Below are positions 1 through 9,292 of a DNA stretch of 49,966 nt, in pieces. Each line of letters starts with the position of its first letter. Positions within the stretch are counted from its first letter, which is position 1. This DNA comes from an uncultured Clostridia bacterium (GTDB lineage: Bacteria > Bacillota > Clostridia > Oscillospirales > Ruminococcaceae). The stretch covers positions 1-49,966 of the forward strand of contig CALXIG010000004.1 in NCBI GenBank assembly GCA_944388305.1, written 5' to 3'. The notes under the pieces were generated by a model, which saw nothing but the letters and a program-made list of their open reading frames with translations, was not told the origin of the DNA and made no database searches. A program made the position numbers and the translations under genes.

Positions 1-831
1 AGCGGCGTACTGGGCGGTGGTGGGGGCGCACATGATGGCGTACTGGTGGATTTTGGTCATCTGCCTGATGGCGGCGGCAGGACCTGCCGCGTACCCCAGC
101 CGCCAGCCGGTCATGGCGAAGGTCTTGGAGAATCCGTTGACCACGATGGTGCGCTCTTTCATCCCGGGAAGGGAGGCGATGGAGACATGACGGCCGTTGT
201 AGGTGAGCTCCGCGTAAATTTCATCCGACAGCACGACAATGTCATGGCGACGCAGCACCTCGGCGATGGCCTCCAGGTGCTCCCTGCGCATGACGGCGCC
301 GGTGGGATTGTTGGGATAGGGGAGGATGAGCATCTTGGTTTTGGGGGTGATGGCCGCCTCCAGCTGTTCCGGGGTGAGGCGGAAGCGGTCCTCCTCGCGG
401 GTTTCGATGATGACCGGCACGCCGCTCGTCAGGGTGACGATGGGCGCGTAGCAGACAAAGCTCGGCTCGGGAATCAGGACCTCGTCGCCGGGGTTTAAAA
501 AGGCGCGGATGGCGAGGTCGATGGCTTCCGAGCCGCCGACGGTCACGACTACCTCGGTGCTTTTGTCGTAATCCAGATCGAATTTCCGCTTCAGATAGTC
601 GCAGATGGCGCGGCGCAGCTCAATAAGGCCGGCGTTCGCGGAGTAGCGGGTTTTTCCCTGCTGCAGGTTTTCAATCGCGGCCTGGCGGACGGAGTAGGGA
701 GTTTTAAAATCCGGTTCGCCGACGCCCAGGGCGATGACGCCCTTCATCTCATTGGCAATGTCAAAAAACTTCCGAATGCCGGAGGGTTTTAAGGAGACCG
801 TCCGCTCCGACAGCATGGATTCCAGATTCAT
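1..831 (-). CDS. PLP-dependent class I/II aminotransferase (AspB-like); C-terminal part lies beyond the window edge
   Basis: Not in the ORF track because it has no stop inside the window. My reverse-strand translation from ATG 831-829 reads MNLESMLSERTVSLKPSGIRKFFDIANEM..GVGEPDF..LPYPNNPTGAV..VNGFSKTFAMTGWRLGYAAGP (SK PLP-lysine motif). The ATG shares 1 nt with the TGA of the upstream Lrp gene. Confidence 0.85.
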   Translation of the reverse strand, partial: MNLESMLSERTVSLKPSGIRKFFDIANEMKGVIALGVGEPDFKTPYSVRQAAIENLQQGKTRYSANAGLIELRRAICDYLKRKFDLDYDKSTEVVVTVGGSEAIDLAIRAFLNPGDEVLIPEPSFVCYAPIVTLTSGVPVIIETREEDRFRLTPEQLEAAITPKTKMLILPYPNNPTGAVMRREHLEAIAEVLRRHDIVVLSDEIYAELTYNGRHVSIASLPGMKERTIVVNGFSKTFAMTGWRLGYAAGPAAAIRQMTKIHQYAIMCAPTTAQYAA

Positions 832-1313
832 CAAAGCGAGATGTTCCCCCTTTCGTCGCCGGGCATATCCGTCATGTTGACGCCGCGGTCCTTGTAGCGG
901 GAGAGCACAAAGTGGGTGGCGGTGGAGACCACCCCGTCCAGAACGGCCAGGCGCTGGGCGACAAAGAGCGCGACGTCCTTGAAGGTCTTGCCGACCACCT
1001 GAACGTGGAGGTCGTAGCCGCCGCTCATCAGGAAGACGCTGTCGACTTCCTGGTACTGGCTGATCTTTCTGGCGATTTCCTCAAAGCCGAAGTCCTTTTT
1101 GGGCGTGACCCGCAGCTCAATGACCGCCTCCACATACTGGGTGTCGATTTTGTCGTAATCGAGCAGCGGCTTGTAGCCGCGGATGACGCCTTCTTCCTCA
1201 TATTTGGCGATGCGGCGCTCCACATCTTCCCTGGTGGTATCGAGCATCACTGCCAGCGTTTCGGCATCCATGCGGGCGTCGGAATTCAGCAGTTCGAGCA
1301 GTCTGTCCATCAT
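831..1313 (-). CDS. Lrp/AsnC family transcriptional regulator
   Basis: 160 aa. N-terminal HTH (LDRLLELLNSDARMDAETLAVMLDTTREDVERRIAKYEEEGVIRGY) plus C-terminal RAM/AsnC-type ligand domain. Translationally coupled to the aminotransferase. Confidence 0.9.
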   Translation of the reverse strand: MMDRLLELLNSDARMDAETLAVMLDTTREDVERRIAKYEEEGVIRGYKPLLDYDKIDTQYVEAVIELRVTPKKDFGFEEIARKISQYQEVDSVFLMSGGYDLHVQVVGKTFKDVALFVAQRLAVLDGVVSTATHFVLSRYKDRGVNMTDMPGDERGNISL

Positions 1314-1360
1314 AATCGGTCACTCCTTTTGATGAAGTCAAAAATATTTGGGAATATTTT

Positions 1361-1389
1361 ATTATAGCAAATTTTTCCCGGCTTTTCAA
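1361..1389 (-). promoter_or_regulatory. Sigma-A type promoter for the lrp-aminotransferase unit
   Basis: Minus strand reads TTGAAA (1389-1384), 17 nt, TGc-TATAAT (1366-1361). It sits in an AT-rich island about 50 nt upstream of the lrp ATG. Confidence 0.6.
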
Positions 1390-1424
1390 GACGGATTCTG
1401 TGAATACGGCGCATCACCGCAAGG

Positions 1425-1454
1425 CAAAAAGGAGGCGGCCCATCAGCCGCCTCC
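1425..1454 (-). terminator. Rho-independent terminator after the amidohydrolase/ANT/APH operon
   Basis: Minus strand: GGAGGCGGC, 6-nt loop, GCCGCCTCC (9-bp perfect stem), followed by TTTTTG. Confidence 0.75.
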
Positions 1455-1480
1455 CTGCGATTTCTCAAACAAGCCGCGTC

Positions 1481-2638
1481 TCAGACCCGGCGCACGCCGT
1501 CTACAAAGACGGCTGCCGTCTCATAGGCGATGTCGGTGAGGGGATTGCCGCGGAAAACGGCGATATCCGCGTCCTTGCCGGGCGCGAGACTCCCCACCCG
1601 GTCCGCAATGCCCGCGATTTTGGCGGGATTCAGGGTAATTGCCTTCCAGGCTTCCTGCTCGTCCATTCCCGCGCGGACCGCCAGTCCGGCGCAGAGGGGA
1701 AGATGGGCGAGGGGGATGACCGGCGCGTCGGTGATGATGGCGGTCAAAAGTCCCGTCCGGCTGAGGATGCCGGGGGTTTCAAAGCTCTTGTTCGCCAGCT
1801 CCACCTTGGACTTGTTGCCGAGCGACGGACCGACCAGGACGGGGCGGCCCTCCCCGGCCAGCTCATCGGCGATGAGGGCGCCGTCGGTGCAGTGATCGAG
1901 GGTGATGTCGAGGTCGAACTCCTTCGCGATGCGCAGGGCGGTGAAGATGTCGTCGGCGCGGTGGGCGTGCGCCTTGAGGGGAATCTCCTTGCGGATGACC
2001 GGGCGCATCGCCTCGAGCTGGAGATCAAAATCCGGCTTCTTTTCGGCCTCGCCGCGCTCGTAGGCGGCCCATTTTTCCTCATAGTCCCGCGCCTTGTAAA
2101 GGAGGGCGCGGAGGATGGCGGCTGTCGCCATCCGGGTGACGGGGGACTGCTGCTTGCTGCCATAGACCCGTTTGGGGTTTTCGCCGAAGGCGATCTTCAT
2201 GGCGACCGGGTCCTTGACGATCATCTTGTCGACCCGTTTGCCGAACATTTTGATGGCGCAGAAGGTGCCGCCCACCACATTGGCGCTGCCGGGACCGGTG
2301 ACGGCGCAGGTGACGCCCGCCTTGAGCGCCTCGGAGAGGCCCTCGTCCATCGGATTGATGGCGTCGATGGCCCGCAGCTGCGGGGTGGTCGGGCTGGTCG
2401 TCTCGTTGATGTCAAGGCCGACGGCCCCGATGATCTCCTCGTGCAGGCCGATGTGGCAGTGTCCGTCGACAAAGCCGGGCGCCACAATGCAGCCCGCCGC
2501 GTCAAAGACCTCGGTTCCCGCGGGAACCTCGAGGTTCTTTCCGACCGCAACAATTTTTCCGTTGTCGAGAAGCACGTCTCCGCCCGCGATATCGGGCCCT
2601 TCCATCGTTTTAACCATTCCGTTGTGAATCAGAAGCAT
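1481..2638 (-). CDS. Metal-dependent amidohydrolase family protein
   Basis: 385 aa. N-terminal composite-domain motif VLLDNGKIVAVG..APGFVDGHCHIGL (HxH metal site), a later AHAHRADD segment, and C-terminal GSLAPGKDADIAVF. The start may be an internal Met (2617 or 2605), because 2638 overlaps the upstream gene by 29 nt. Confidence 0.8.
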   Translation of the reverse strand: MLLIHNGMVKTMEGPDIAGGDVLLDNGKIVAVGKNLEVPAGTEVFDAAGCIVAPGFVDGHCHIGLHEEIIGAVGLDINETTSPTTPQLRAIDAINPMDEGLSEALKAGVTCAVTGPGSANVVGGTFCAIKMFGKRVDKMIVKDPVAMKIAFGENPKRVYGSKQQSPVTRMATAAILRALLYKARDYEEKWAAYERGEAEKKPDFDLQLEAMRPVIRKEIPLKAHAHRADDIFTALRIAKEFDLDITLDHCTDGALIADELAGEGRPVLVGPSLGNKSKVELANKSFETPGILSRTGLLTAIITDAPVIPLAHLPLCAGLAVRAGMDEQEAWKAITLNPAKIAGIADRVGSLAPGKDADIAVFRGNPLTDIAYETAAVFVDGVRRV

Positions 2639-3485
2639 GTTGTTTCATCCTTTCCAGATAGTAATCGAGATACCGGCTGACTTTTTCGTCATAGTCGGGG
2701 TAGGAGCAGCCGGTTTCCTCCGACACCCGGCGGGAAGACTCCTGAAACAGCGCTCGGAGCTTTTGGAGCGCTGTTGCGGCCTCCTCGAGGGAGGAGAGAC
2801 CGTAACTTTCCTCGAGAAGGCGCATCCGCACCGGCTCGAGATAACGCCCGAGGAATTTCTGCCCCTTCCCCAGGCCGAAGGTGAAACCGCGCCGCAGCCC
2901 CAGCTCCCAGCCGAGCATCCGGAAGAGCTCCTCCCGCATCGCACCGAGATGGGCGGCGGCGTAAAAGAGCTCCCTGCGGCACAGCCCCTTGACCACGTAG
3001 TGGGAGAGATTCCAGAACTCGTTGCAGCAGTCGTCGAAACTCCGCGCCGTCGGCCGTTTCACCCAGTAGTCCGCGTCGGTGGGAGCGGGGAGCGCGGGGG
3101 CGCGGCCGTCCTTGTCGAGGAGGATGGCGCGCAGCCGGTCCTCCTCAAGGTAGGCGGGCAGGTCGCCGGCAGGCCGCAGAGTCAGATCGGCCTTGCGGAA
3201 ATCCGCAAAGAGCATCAGGTAGGAAAATCCCGGCTCTTCCGGCGGAAACAGCTCCATCCCCTCCGGCTTCTGGAGAATGAGCCGCTCTCCGAAGCGGTCG
3301 AGCCAGCCGTCGTCCCGCGTGAAGTCTTCCAGCTCCGTCACAAAGTAGGTCAGGTCGAAGTCCTGAAATTCGTCCGGTGTGACCTGCGGGTTCAGGCGCG
3401 ATCCCTCCATCCCGACCGCGCGGATGCGGGGATCTTCCCGGGCAAAATCCAGAAAGAGCCGGTACATCTCCTGCTCAGACCGCAT
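2610..3485 (-). CDS. aadK: Aminoglycoside 6-adenylyltransferase, ANT(6)/AadK family
   Basis: Starting from the internal ATG at 3485: MRSEQEMYRLFLDFAREDPRIRAV..EGSR..FQDFDLTYFV..LQKPEGMELFPPE..YWVKRPTARSFDDCCNEFW..YVVKGL..YPDYDE. I recall this as nearly collinear with B. subtilis AadK. The upstream 50 codons in the ORF track are Arg/Cys-rich junk. Overlaps the APH stop by 11 nt. Confidence 0.85.
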   Translation of the reverse strand: MRSEQEMYRLFLDFAREDPRIRAVGMEGSRLNPQVTPDEFQDFDLTYFVTELEDFTRDDGWLDRFGERLILQKPEGMELFPPEEPGFSYLMLFADFRKADLTLRPAGDLPAYLEEDRLRAILLDKDGRAPALPAPTDADYWVKRPTARSFDDCCNEFWNLSHYVVKGLCRRELFYAAAHLGAMREELFRMLGWELGLRRGFTFGLGKGQKFLGRYLEPVRMRLLEESYGLSSLEEAATALQKLRALFQESSRRVSEETGCSYPDYDEKVSRYLDYYLERMKQHASDSQRNG

Positions 3486-4482
3486 AGAGCGGCCCCCTTT
3501 CCTCCAGCGTCTCGCACTCCTTTTGCAGCATCCGCAGCGATTCCGCGCGGAGCGCGGGGTCCGGATTGTCGTAAAGAATGCGGGCGATGAATTCCCAGAT
3601 ATCCTCGCACTTCCGGCGGACGCTATAAAATTCAAGCCGTTCCCGGTTGAGAGCCGCTTCCGGCCGCTCTTCGCGGTAGGCGGCCCAGAGGGCGTCGAAG
3701 TGCGGCAGGGCGGTCAGTGCGAAGAAATCCGCCTCCGGCGGAGCGTACCGGAGCCCTTCCCAGTCGAGAAGGACGAGCTGTCCGCCCTGTATGAGATTCC
3801 AGCCGTGAATGTCGGTATGGCAGGGCACCATCAGGCAGGGCGCGTGGCGCAGCTTCCGCGCCAGACGGCTCAGATGGTCGCAGAGAGCCAGCAGCCGTCC
3901 GCGGCAGCCGTTCAGGATGGCCGCCAGATCCGGCGGAAGGCCATGCGGCTGCTCCAGCAGGGAAATCAGCTGCCCCGCGAAAGGAAGCTGGAAATTTTCA
4001 CGCAGAGGGCTGGGGCGGGCCGGGCGCGGCATCGCGGGCACAAACCGGTGCAGCCTGCCTATGATCGCCCCAAGCCCGGCGGACTGCTCCCGGGTGAGCG
4101 GGCGTTCCCCGAGCGTCTCCCCCTCGATGTAGCGGTAGAGCAGGCAGAGGTACCGCTCGTCCTCCCGCCAGAGTCCGCCGTTCACGGCCGGCACCAGGGA
4201 GGGCACCTGTCCGGGCAGAGGTCCCTCCTCCATCTGCCGCACAAAGCGGAGGGAAAAGTCCAGGTGACGCGTCCACTGCGCCGACGACTTCTCCTCCTTG
4301 TCGTAAATCTTGACAAAAAAGGAACCTTCTGCCGCGTCCGCCCGGTAGGCGCGGGCCGACCAGCCGCCTTTCTGTTCCCGAACAGCCGAAGCGGAGAGCG
4401 CATAGTCTTTCGCCAGAAGATTTGTTAAATATTCCTCCAGATTTTCGGTTCTCAACTGTTCCAGCACCACCTTTTCCGTCAA
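3475..4482 (-). CDS. Aminoglycoside/small-molecule phosphotransferase (APH/ChoK kinase-like fold)
   Basis: 335 aa. Brenner-type catalytic motif PCHTDIHGWNLIQGGQLVLLDWEGL (HxDxxxxN...D). TTG start at 4482. Confidence 0.75.
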   Translation of the reverse strand: MTEKVVLEQLRTENLEEYLTNLLAKDYALSASAVREQKGGWSARAYRADAAEGSFFVKIYDKEEKSSAQWTRHLDFSLRFVRQMEEGPLPGQVPSLVPAVNGGLWREDERYLCLLYRYIEGETLGERPLTREQSAGLGAIIGRLHRFVPAMPRPARPSPLRENFQLPFAGQLISLLEQPHGLPPDLAAILNGCRGRLLALCDHLSRLARKLRHAPCLMVPCHTDIHGWNLIQGGQLVLLDWEGLRYAPPEADFFALTALPHFDALWAAYREERPEAALNRERLEFYSVRRKCEDIWEFIARILYDNPDPALRAESLRMLQKECETLEERGPLYAV

Positions 4483-4502
4483 TATCGGTAAGATTCCCTC
4501 AT

Positions 4503-4531
4503 ATTATAGCGGAAAACAGTAGATTTTGCAA
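4503..4531 (-). promoter_or_regulatory. Sigma-A promoter for the APH-ANT(6)-amidohydrolase operon
   Basis: Minus strand: TTGCAA (4531-4526), 17 nt, TATAAT (4508-4503). It lies back to back with the GNAT promoter. Confidence 0.65.
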
Positions 4532-4550
4532 GCATATTAAAATGTTTTTG

Positions 4551-4579
4551 TTGATTTTCCCCGAATGCTTTGTTATAAT
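4551..4579 (+). promoter_or_regulatory. Sigma-A promoter for the GNAT gene
   Basis: TTGATT (4551-4556), 17 nt, TGt-TATAAT (4574-4579). The leader contains a 10-bp hairpin, CCTTCCGGCG-N9-CGCCGGAGGG. Confidence 0.65.
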
Positions 4580-4652
4580 GAGAGCGTTGAACCTTCCGGC
4601 GGTATTTGCTCGCCGGAGGGGTTTAACGGAACACATGCAGGGAGGTTTGATT

Positions 4653-5153
4653 ATGAAAATTCGTTCCATGATACCAGAGGATATCGAAACGCTGAGCGCA
4701 GGCTTTGCCGCGCAGGGCTGGCAGCCCAAACCGGAGGTCTGGAAGCGGTACATCGAGCAGGAGGCGGCCGGACAGCGGCTGACCTTTGTCGCCGAAGTGG
4801 ACGGTGCGGCGGCGGGGTACCTGAACCTCGTCCGTTCGCCCCAGTGCGGCCCTTACGCGGGGAGCGGCCTGCCGGAAATCACCGACTTCAATGTGCTCGC
4901 CCCCTACCGGCGTCAGGGAATCGGCGCGGCGCTGATGGACGCGGTCGAGGCGGCCGCAGCGCGGGAATACGATGTGGTCACCATCGGAGTGGGACTGCAC
5001 AGTGGCTACGGTTCTGCCCAGCGGATGTACGTCAAGCGCGGCTATATTCCCGACGGCAGCGGCGTGTGGTACCGGAATCACCGGGCCGCGGAGGGGGAGG
5101 CGGTCGCAAACGACGATGACCTCGTCCTCTATTTCAGCAAGAAGCTGCGGTAA
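4653..5153 (+). CDS. GNAT family N-acetyltransferase
   Basis: ATG at 4653 follows GGAGG (4641-4645). The acetyl-CoA motif is VLAPYRRQGIGAALMDAVE (R/Q-x-x-G-x-G/A). The track ORF that starts at 4422 is an upstream over-extension. Confidence 0.85.
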   Translation: MKIRSMIPEDIETLSAGFAAQGWQPKPEVWKRYIEQEAAGQRLTFVAEVDGAAAGYLNLVRSPQCGPYAGSGLPEITDFNVLAPYRRQGIGAALMDAVEAAAAREYDVVTIGVGLHSGYGSAQRMYVKRGYIPDGSGVWYRNHRAAEGEAVANDDDLVLYFSKKLR

Positions 5154-5156
5154 GGG

Positions 5157-6899
5157 TTACCGCAGCGCCCGCACCAGCTCCTCGATGAGGTCGATCCGCC
5201 GGAAAGGCGTGATGAGGTAGTAGCCGTCCACCCAGGGCGCGATTTTTTCCGCCGATTCGAGGCAGAGCGAAACGCCGAGTTTCCCGGCCGCTTCGCGGTC
5301 CAGTCCCTCATAGCGGGCGAGAATTTCCTCCGACAGGCGGATGCCTGCGATTTCATTGTGCATGAAGCTGGCGTTGCGGTAGCTGACCGGCGGCATCAGT
5401 CCGCCCAGAATGCGCAGGCCGGTCTCCTCCCGCGCCCGGCGAAGGTTGCGGACCGCCTCTTCGGTGAAGACAGGCTGGGTCATCAGCAGCTCCACCCCGT
5501 TTTCTTTTTTGCGCAGCGCCTTTTGAAGCTCCGCGTCAAAATTGCGGGCGTTGACATTGAGCGCCCCGGCGATCAGAAAAGGCGCGGGCAGCGTCTCCTC
5601 GCCGAGCGCGCGGATGTATCCGGCCAGCATGGCTGAGTTGAAGTTGTAGACCGCTTTGACCTCCTCCCGCTCTGCGCCGGGGATCGGGTCGCCGGTGATG
5701 GCGAGGATGTTCTGTACCCCCTCCATCGCGAGACCGAGGAGGAGAGCCTTTGCCGCGTTCAGATTGCGGTCGCGGCAGGTCATGTGGGGGATGGCATCCA
5801 TGTCCAGCTCCCGTTTGAGCTTGGCCGCGAGGAGGGAGCTGTCGGCCCGCACCCGCGCGACGGGACAGTCGGCGATGGTGACGGCGTCAGTTCCGGCCGC
5901 CTTGAGGCGGGCGGCGGCTTCCATGAAAAAACTGCCGTCCGCGTCGGCGGGCGGATCCACCTCGACGGCAATGACCCGTTTTCCGGCGGCAAGTTTTTCG
6001 CGCAGCCGGTTGGCGGGCGCTTTTTTTTGCGCCGGCCCGGAAACGGAAACCGGCTCTCCGGCGGGGCGCGCTGCGGTGAGGAGGGCGGCGGTCCGCGCGA
6101 TGTGGGCGGGGGTGGTGCCGCAGCAGCCGCCGAGAATGTGCACGCCGGAAGCCGCGATTTTGCTCATCTGCTCCGCGAAGTACTCTGCGCCGCTTTCAAA
6201 ATAGGTCCGTCCCCCGACGATTGCCGGGTAGCCGGAGTTTGGCATGACCGACCGCACCGTCCCGGCGGGCAGTCCGCCGGCCAGACGGCGCAGATGCGCC
6301 GGGCCGGAGACGCAGTTGAGTCCCACCGCGTCGGCGTAGGCCGCGGCCTCCTTTGCCAGGCGGAGGGCGGGAAGGCCCTGTCTCGTGAAGCCATCCGGCG
6401 TGGCTGCAAAGGAGACGAGCAGGAAGGCGTCCGGCTTCTGCTCCCGGATAAAGGCGCAGGTTTCCCGCAGCCCCTCCGCGGAGGGAAAGGTCTCAAAGAG
6501 AAAGTTTTCCACTCCCATTTCGAGAAATACCGCCGCAATGCGGCGGTATTCGGCCGCCGCATCTTCCTCCGGCAGGAGGATGGGACCGATGTCTGCGAAG
6601 ACAAAGGCATTCGCTCCCGCAGCTTCCCGCGCGAGGGCATAGCCCGCCCGCAGGATCTCCCGCACCGTACCGGAATCTGCCATGAGGGCCGCGGTGTTGG
6701 CGCCGTAGGTGTTGGTCTTGAGAGCCGCCGCCCCCGCCTCCCGGTAGGCGCGGTGAATGGCCAGGACGTCGGCGGGGTGGGAGAGATTTGCAAGCTCGCA
6801 GCGCGGGTCCCGGGCGGGATAGAGGCTGCGGTACCAGGTGCCCATCGCGCCGTCAAAGAGGAGCGGCCGCTCCTTCAGATATTCGCGGACCGGTTTCAT
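5157..6899 (-). CDS. yitJ: Bifunctional homocysteine S-methyltransferase / 5,10-methylenetetrahydrofolate reductase (YitJ-like)
   Basis: 580 aa. N-terminal Hcy-binding domain (LLFDGAMGT..TNTYGAN..GGCCGTTPAHI) is fused to a C-terminal MTHFR domain (VEVDPP..HMTCRDRN..LAITGD). The ATG overlaps the metH stop (ATGA at 6896-6899). Confidence 0.85.
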   Translation of the reverse strand: MKPVREYLKERPLLFDGAMGTWYRSLYPARDPRCELANLSHPADVLAIHRAYREAGAAALKTNTYGANTAALMADSGTVREILRAGYALAREAAGANAFVFADIGPILLPEEDAAAEYRRIAAVFLEMGVENFLFETFPSAEGLRETCAFIREQKPDAFLLVSFAATPDGFTRQGLPALRLAKEAAAYADAVGLNCVSGPAHLRRLAGGLPAGTVRSVMPNSGYPAIVGGRTYFESGAEYFAEQMSKIAASGVHILGGCCGTTPAHIARTAALLTAARPAGEPVSVSGPAQKKAPANRLREKLAAGKRVIAVEVDPPADADGSFFMEAAARLKAAGTDAVTIADCPVARVRADSSLLAAKLKRELDMDAIPHMTCRDRNLNAAKALLLGLAMEGVQNILAITGDPIPGAEREEVKAVYNFNSAMLAGYIRALGEETLPAPFLIAGALNVNARNFDAELQKALRKKENGVELLMTQPVFTEEAVRNLRRAREETGLRILGGLMPPVSYRNASFMHNEIAGIRLSEEILARYEGLDREAAGKLGVSLCLESAEKIAPWVDGYYLITPFRRIDLIEELVRALR

Positions 6900-9292
6900 T
6901 TCTCCTCCTCCCCAAAGACCTCCTTCGCGATGTCAGCCGAACGCTTGGCGTCCTTTGCGTAGTAGTCGGCCCCCATTTCCGCGGCGAACTGTTCGGTCAG
7001 CACCGCTCCGCCGACCATGATTTTGCAGTCATGGCCCGACGCGCGGAGCTGCCGGATGGTCTCGGCCATGCTCTTCAGGGTGGTGGTCATGAGGGCGGAC
7101 AGCCCGACCAGACGGACCTTTTCCCTGACAGCCGTCTGGACGATGGTTTCGGGCGGCACGTCCCGTCCGAGGTCGAGGACCTGGAACCCGTAGTTTTCCA
7201 GCAGGACCTTGACAATATTCTTGCCGATGTCATGGACGTCCCCCTTGACGGTGGCGAGGATGATTCTGCCCCGGCTTGCCGGCGCACCGCCGGAGGCCGC
7301 CATTTTCCGGCGGATAACCTCAAACGCCTCCTGAGAGGCCGCCGCGGCATTTAGAAGCTGCGGGAGAAAGAGGGTTCCCTTCTCAAACCCGTCTCCGACC
7401 TCGTCGAGGGCCGGGATGAGCATCCCGTCAATGATCGAAAACGGGTCCTGCGTTTCCAGCAGCCGGGCGGTGATCTCCCGCGCGTCCTCCTTCAGCCCCG
7501 CCTTAACCGCTTCGGGCAGGGTGCGGCTTTCGGCGGGTGCGGCTTTCGGCGGGGTAGCGGGCGCGCCCTTCGGGGCAAAGCGGGCGATGTAGTCCGCTGC
7601 GCCTTTATCCAGGCCGTGCAGTACCCGGAAGGCGGCGACCGCATCCGTCATGGCAGAGACGTTGGGGTTTAGGATGGGGAAGTTCAGGCCGTTTGCCAGG
7701 GCTGCGGAGAGGAAGGCAGCGTTTAAAAGCTCCCGGTTTGGCAGGCCGAAGGAGATGTTGGAGACGCCGAGCACGGTCTGAAGCCCCAGTTCCTCCCGCA
7801 CCAGCCGCACCGCGCGGAGAGTTTCCGCCGCCTGGTCCTACTGCGCCGAGACGGTGAGGGTGAGGCAGTCGATGAGCACCTTTTCCCGCGGGATGCCGTA
7901 GGAAAGGGCGGCGTCCAGGATGCGGCGGGCGATGGCCAGCCGTTCCGCAGCGGTTTTGGGGATTCCGGCGCTGTCGAGGGTGAGTCCGACGACAAAGGCG
8001 CCGTATTTTTTGACCAGGGGGAGAATTTTCTCCAGCGTTTCGGCATCGCCGTTGACCGAGTTGACAATGCCGACCCCGTGGAAGGCCCGCAGGCCGGCTT
8101 CGATGGCGGCGGGATCGGAGGAGTCGATCTGGAGCGGGAGGGAGAGGACGCTTTGCAGTTCCTCGACCGCCTGCCGCATGAGGGCAGGCTCATCCACGCC
8201 GGGCATTCCGACGTTCAGATCGAGCAGTTCCGCTCCCGCACCGGCCTGTTCCAGCCCCTGGTCGAGAATGTAGTCGATATCCCCGTCCAGGAGCGCCTGC
8301 TGAAACTGTTTTTTTCCGGTGGGATTCAGCCGCTCGCCGATGATGTGCACGCCGCCGGCCGGGAGAATTCGGGTGGCTGAACAGAAGGCCGGTGCGGGTT
8401 TGGGCTGCGGCGCGGGGGCGAGGGGCGCGAGCGCGTCCCGCAGAGCGGCAATGTGGGCGGGGGTGGTGCCGCAGCAGCCGCCTGCAAGCCGCATCCCGCA
8501 TTCCGCGAAGGCGGCCATCTGCTGCGCAAACAGGGCGGGGGTGAGGGAGTAGCTTCCGTCCCGCGGGTCAGGCAGCCCGGCGTTCGCCTTGACGACGAGG
8601 GGAAGGGAGGTGGACGCCGCGATCTCCCGCGCGATGGGAAGCAGTGCGTCCGGCCCCAGCGAGCAGTTGACGCCCAGTGCGTCGGCGCCGAGTCCCTCGA
8701 TGGTCCGGGCCATCGCCGCGGCGGAGCAGCCGGTGAAGGTGCGCCCGCCCGCTTCAAAGGTCATCGTCGCGACGACGGGGAGGTTTGTGCACTCCTTCGC
8801 CGCGAGGACAGCGGCCCGCAGCTCGCCCAGATCGGTCATGGTCTCGAAGACGACAAGGTCGGCCCCCAGTTCCGCTCCCGCGAGGAGCTGTTCCTTAAAA
8901 AGCGCATAGGCCTCCTCAAAGCGCAGCATCCCCGCGGGGTACAGCATTTCACCGATCGGACCGATGTCGAGCGCGAGGAGCGGCCGCTCCCCTGCAAATC
9001 CGTCAGCGGCCTGCCGGGCGGCGGCAAAGGCGGCGCGGATGACGGTCTGCGGGTCCGTTCCGCTGTTGGCGAGCTTGCGGCGGCTGGCGCCGAAAGTGCA
9101 GGTGTAGAGGATGTTGCTTCCGCTTTCCAGGTACTGCCGGTGGACGGCGGTGACCTTTTCGGGGTGCTGGAGGACGAAAAGCTCGGGGCGCTCGCCCGGT
9201 TTGAGGCCCTCCTTCTGAAGCATGGTTCCCATCGCGCCGTCGAGGAGGACAAACGGCTTGCGGGCGAGGAGACGGGTCAGTTTATTTTCCAC
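6896..9292 (-). pseudogene. metH: Cobalamin-dependent methionine synthase (short MetH: Hcy-binding, pterin-binding and B12-binding domains) interrupted by one in-frame TAG at 7840-7838
   Basis: One continuous 799-codon frame. The N-terminal fragment 7838-9292 has VLLDGAMGT, GGCCGTTPAHI and GERLNPTGKK. The C-terminal fragment 6896-7810 has GVSNISFGLP and the B12 motif GDVHDIGKNIV..GLSALMTTT. My translation across the break is LTLTVSAQ-TAG-DQAAETLRAVRLVREELG, with no frameshift. Confidence 0.85.

Noticed and set aside
4422-4652. N-terminal extensions offered by the ORF track. Examples: 4422 for the GNAT, 2610-3635 for ANT(6), 13253-14365 for mreB, 26389 for the second ABC gene, 32047 for htrA, 33867 for leuA, 36677 for leuD and 38807 for purC.
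   Set aside because: The extensions cross promoters or terminators, or the preceding gene in another frame, and they lack an RBS. Internal starts with a GGAGG-type RBS reproduce the canonical N-termini of each family.
7838-7840. The in-frame TAG in metH as pyrrolysine or genome-wide amber reassignment.
   Set aside because: gpr terminates with TAG at a sensible C-terminus. No pyl genes or suppressor tRNA are in the window, and MetH is not a known Pyl protein. I kept it only as an unlikely alternative in the finding.
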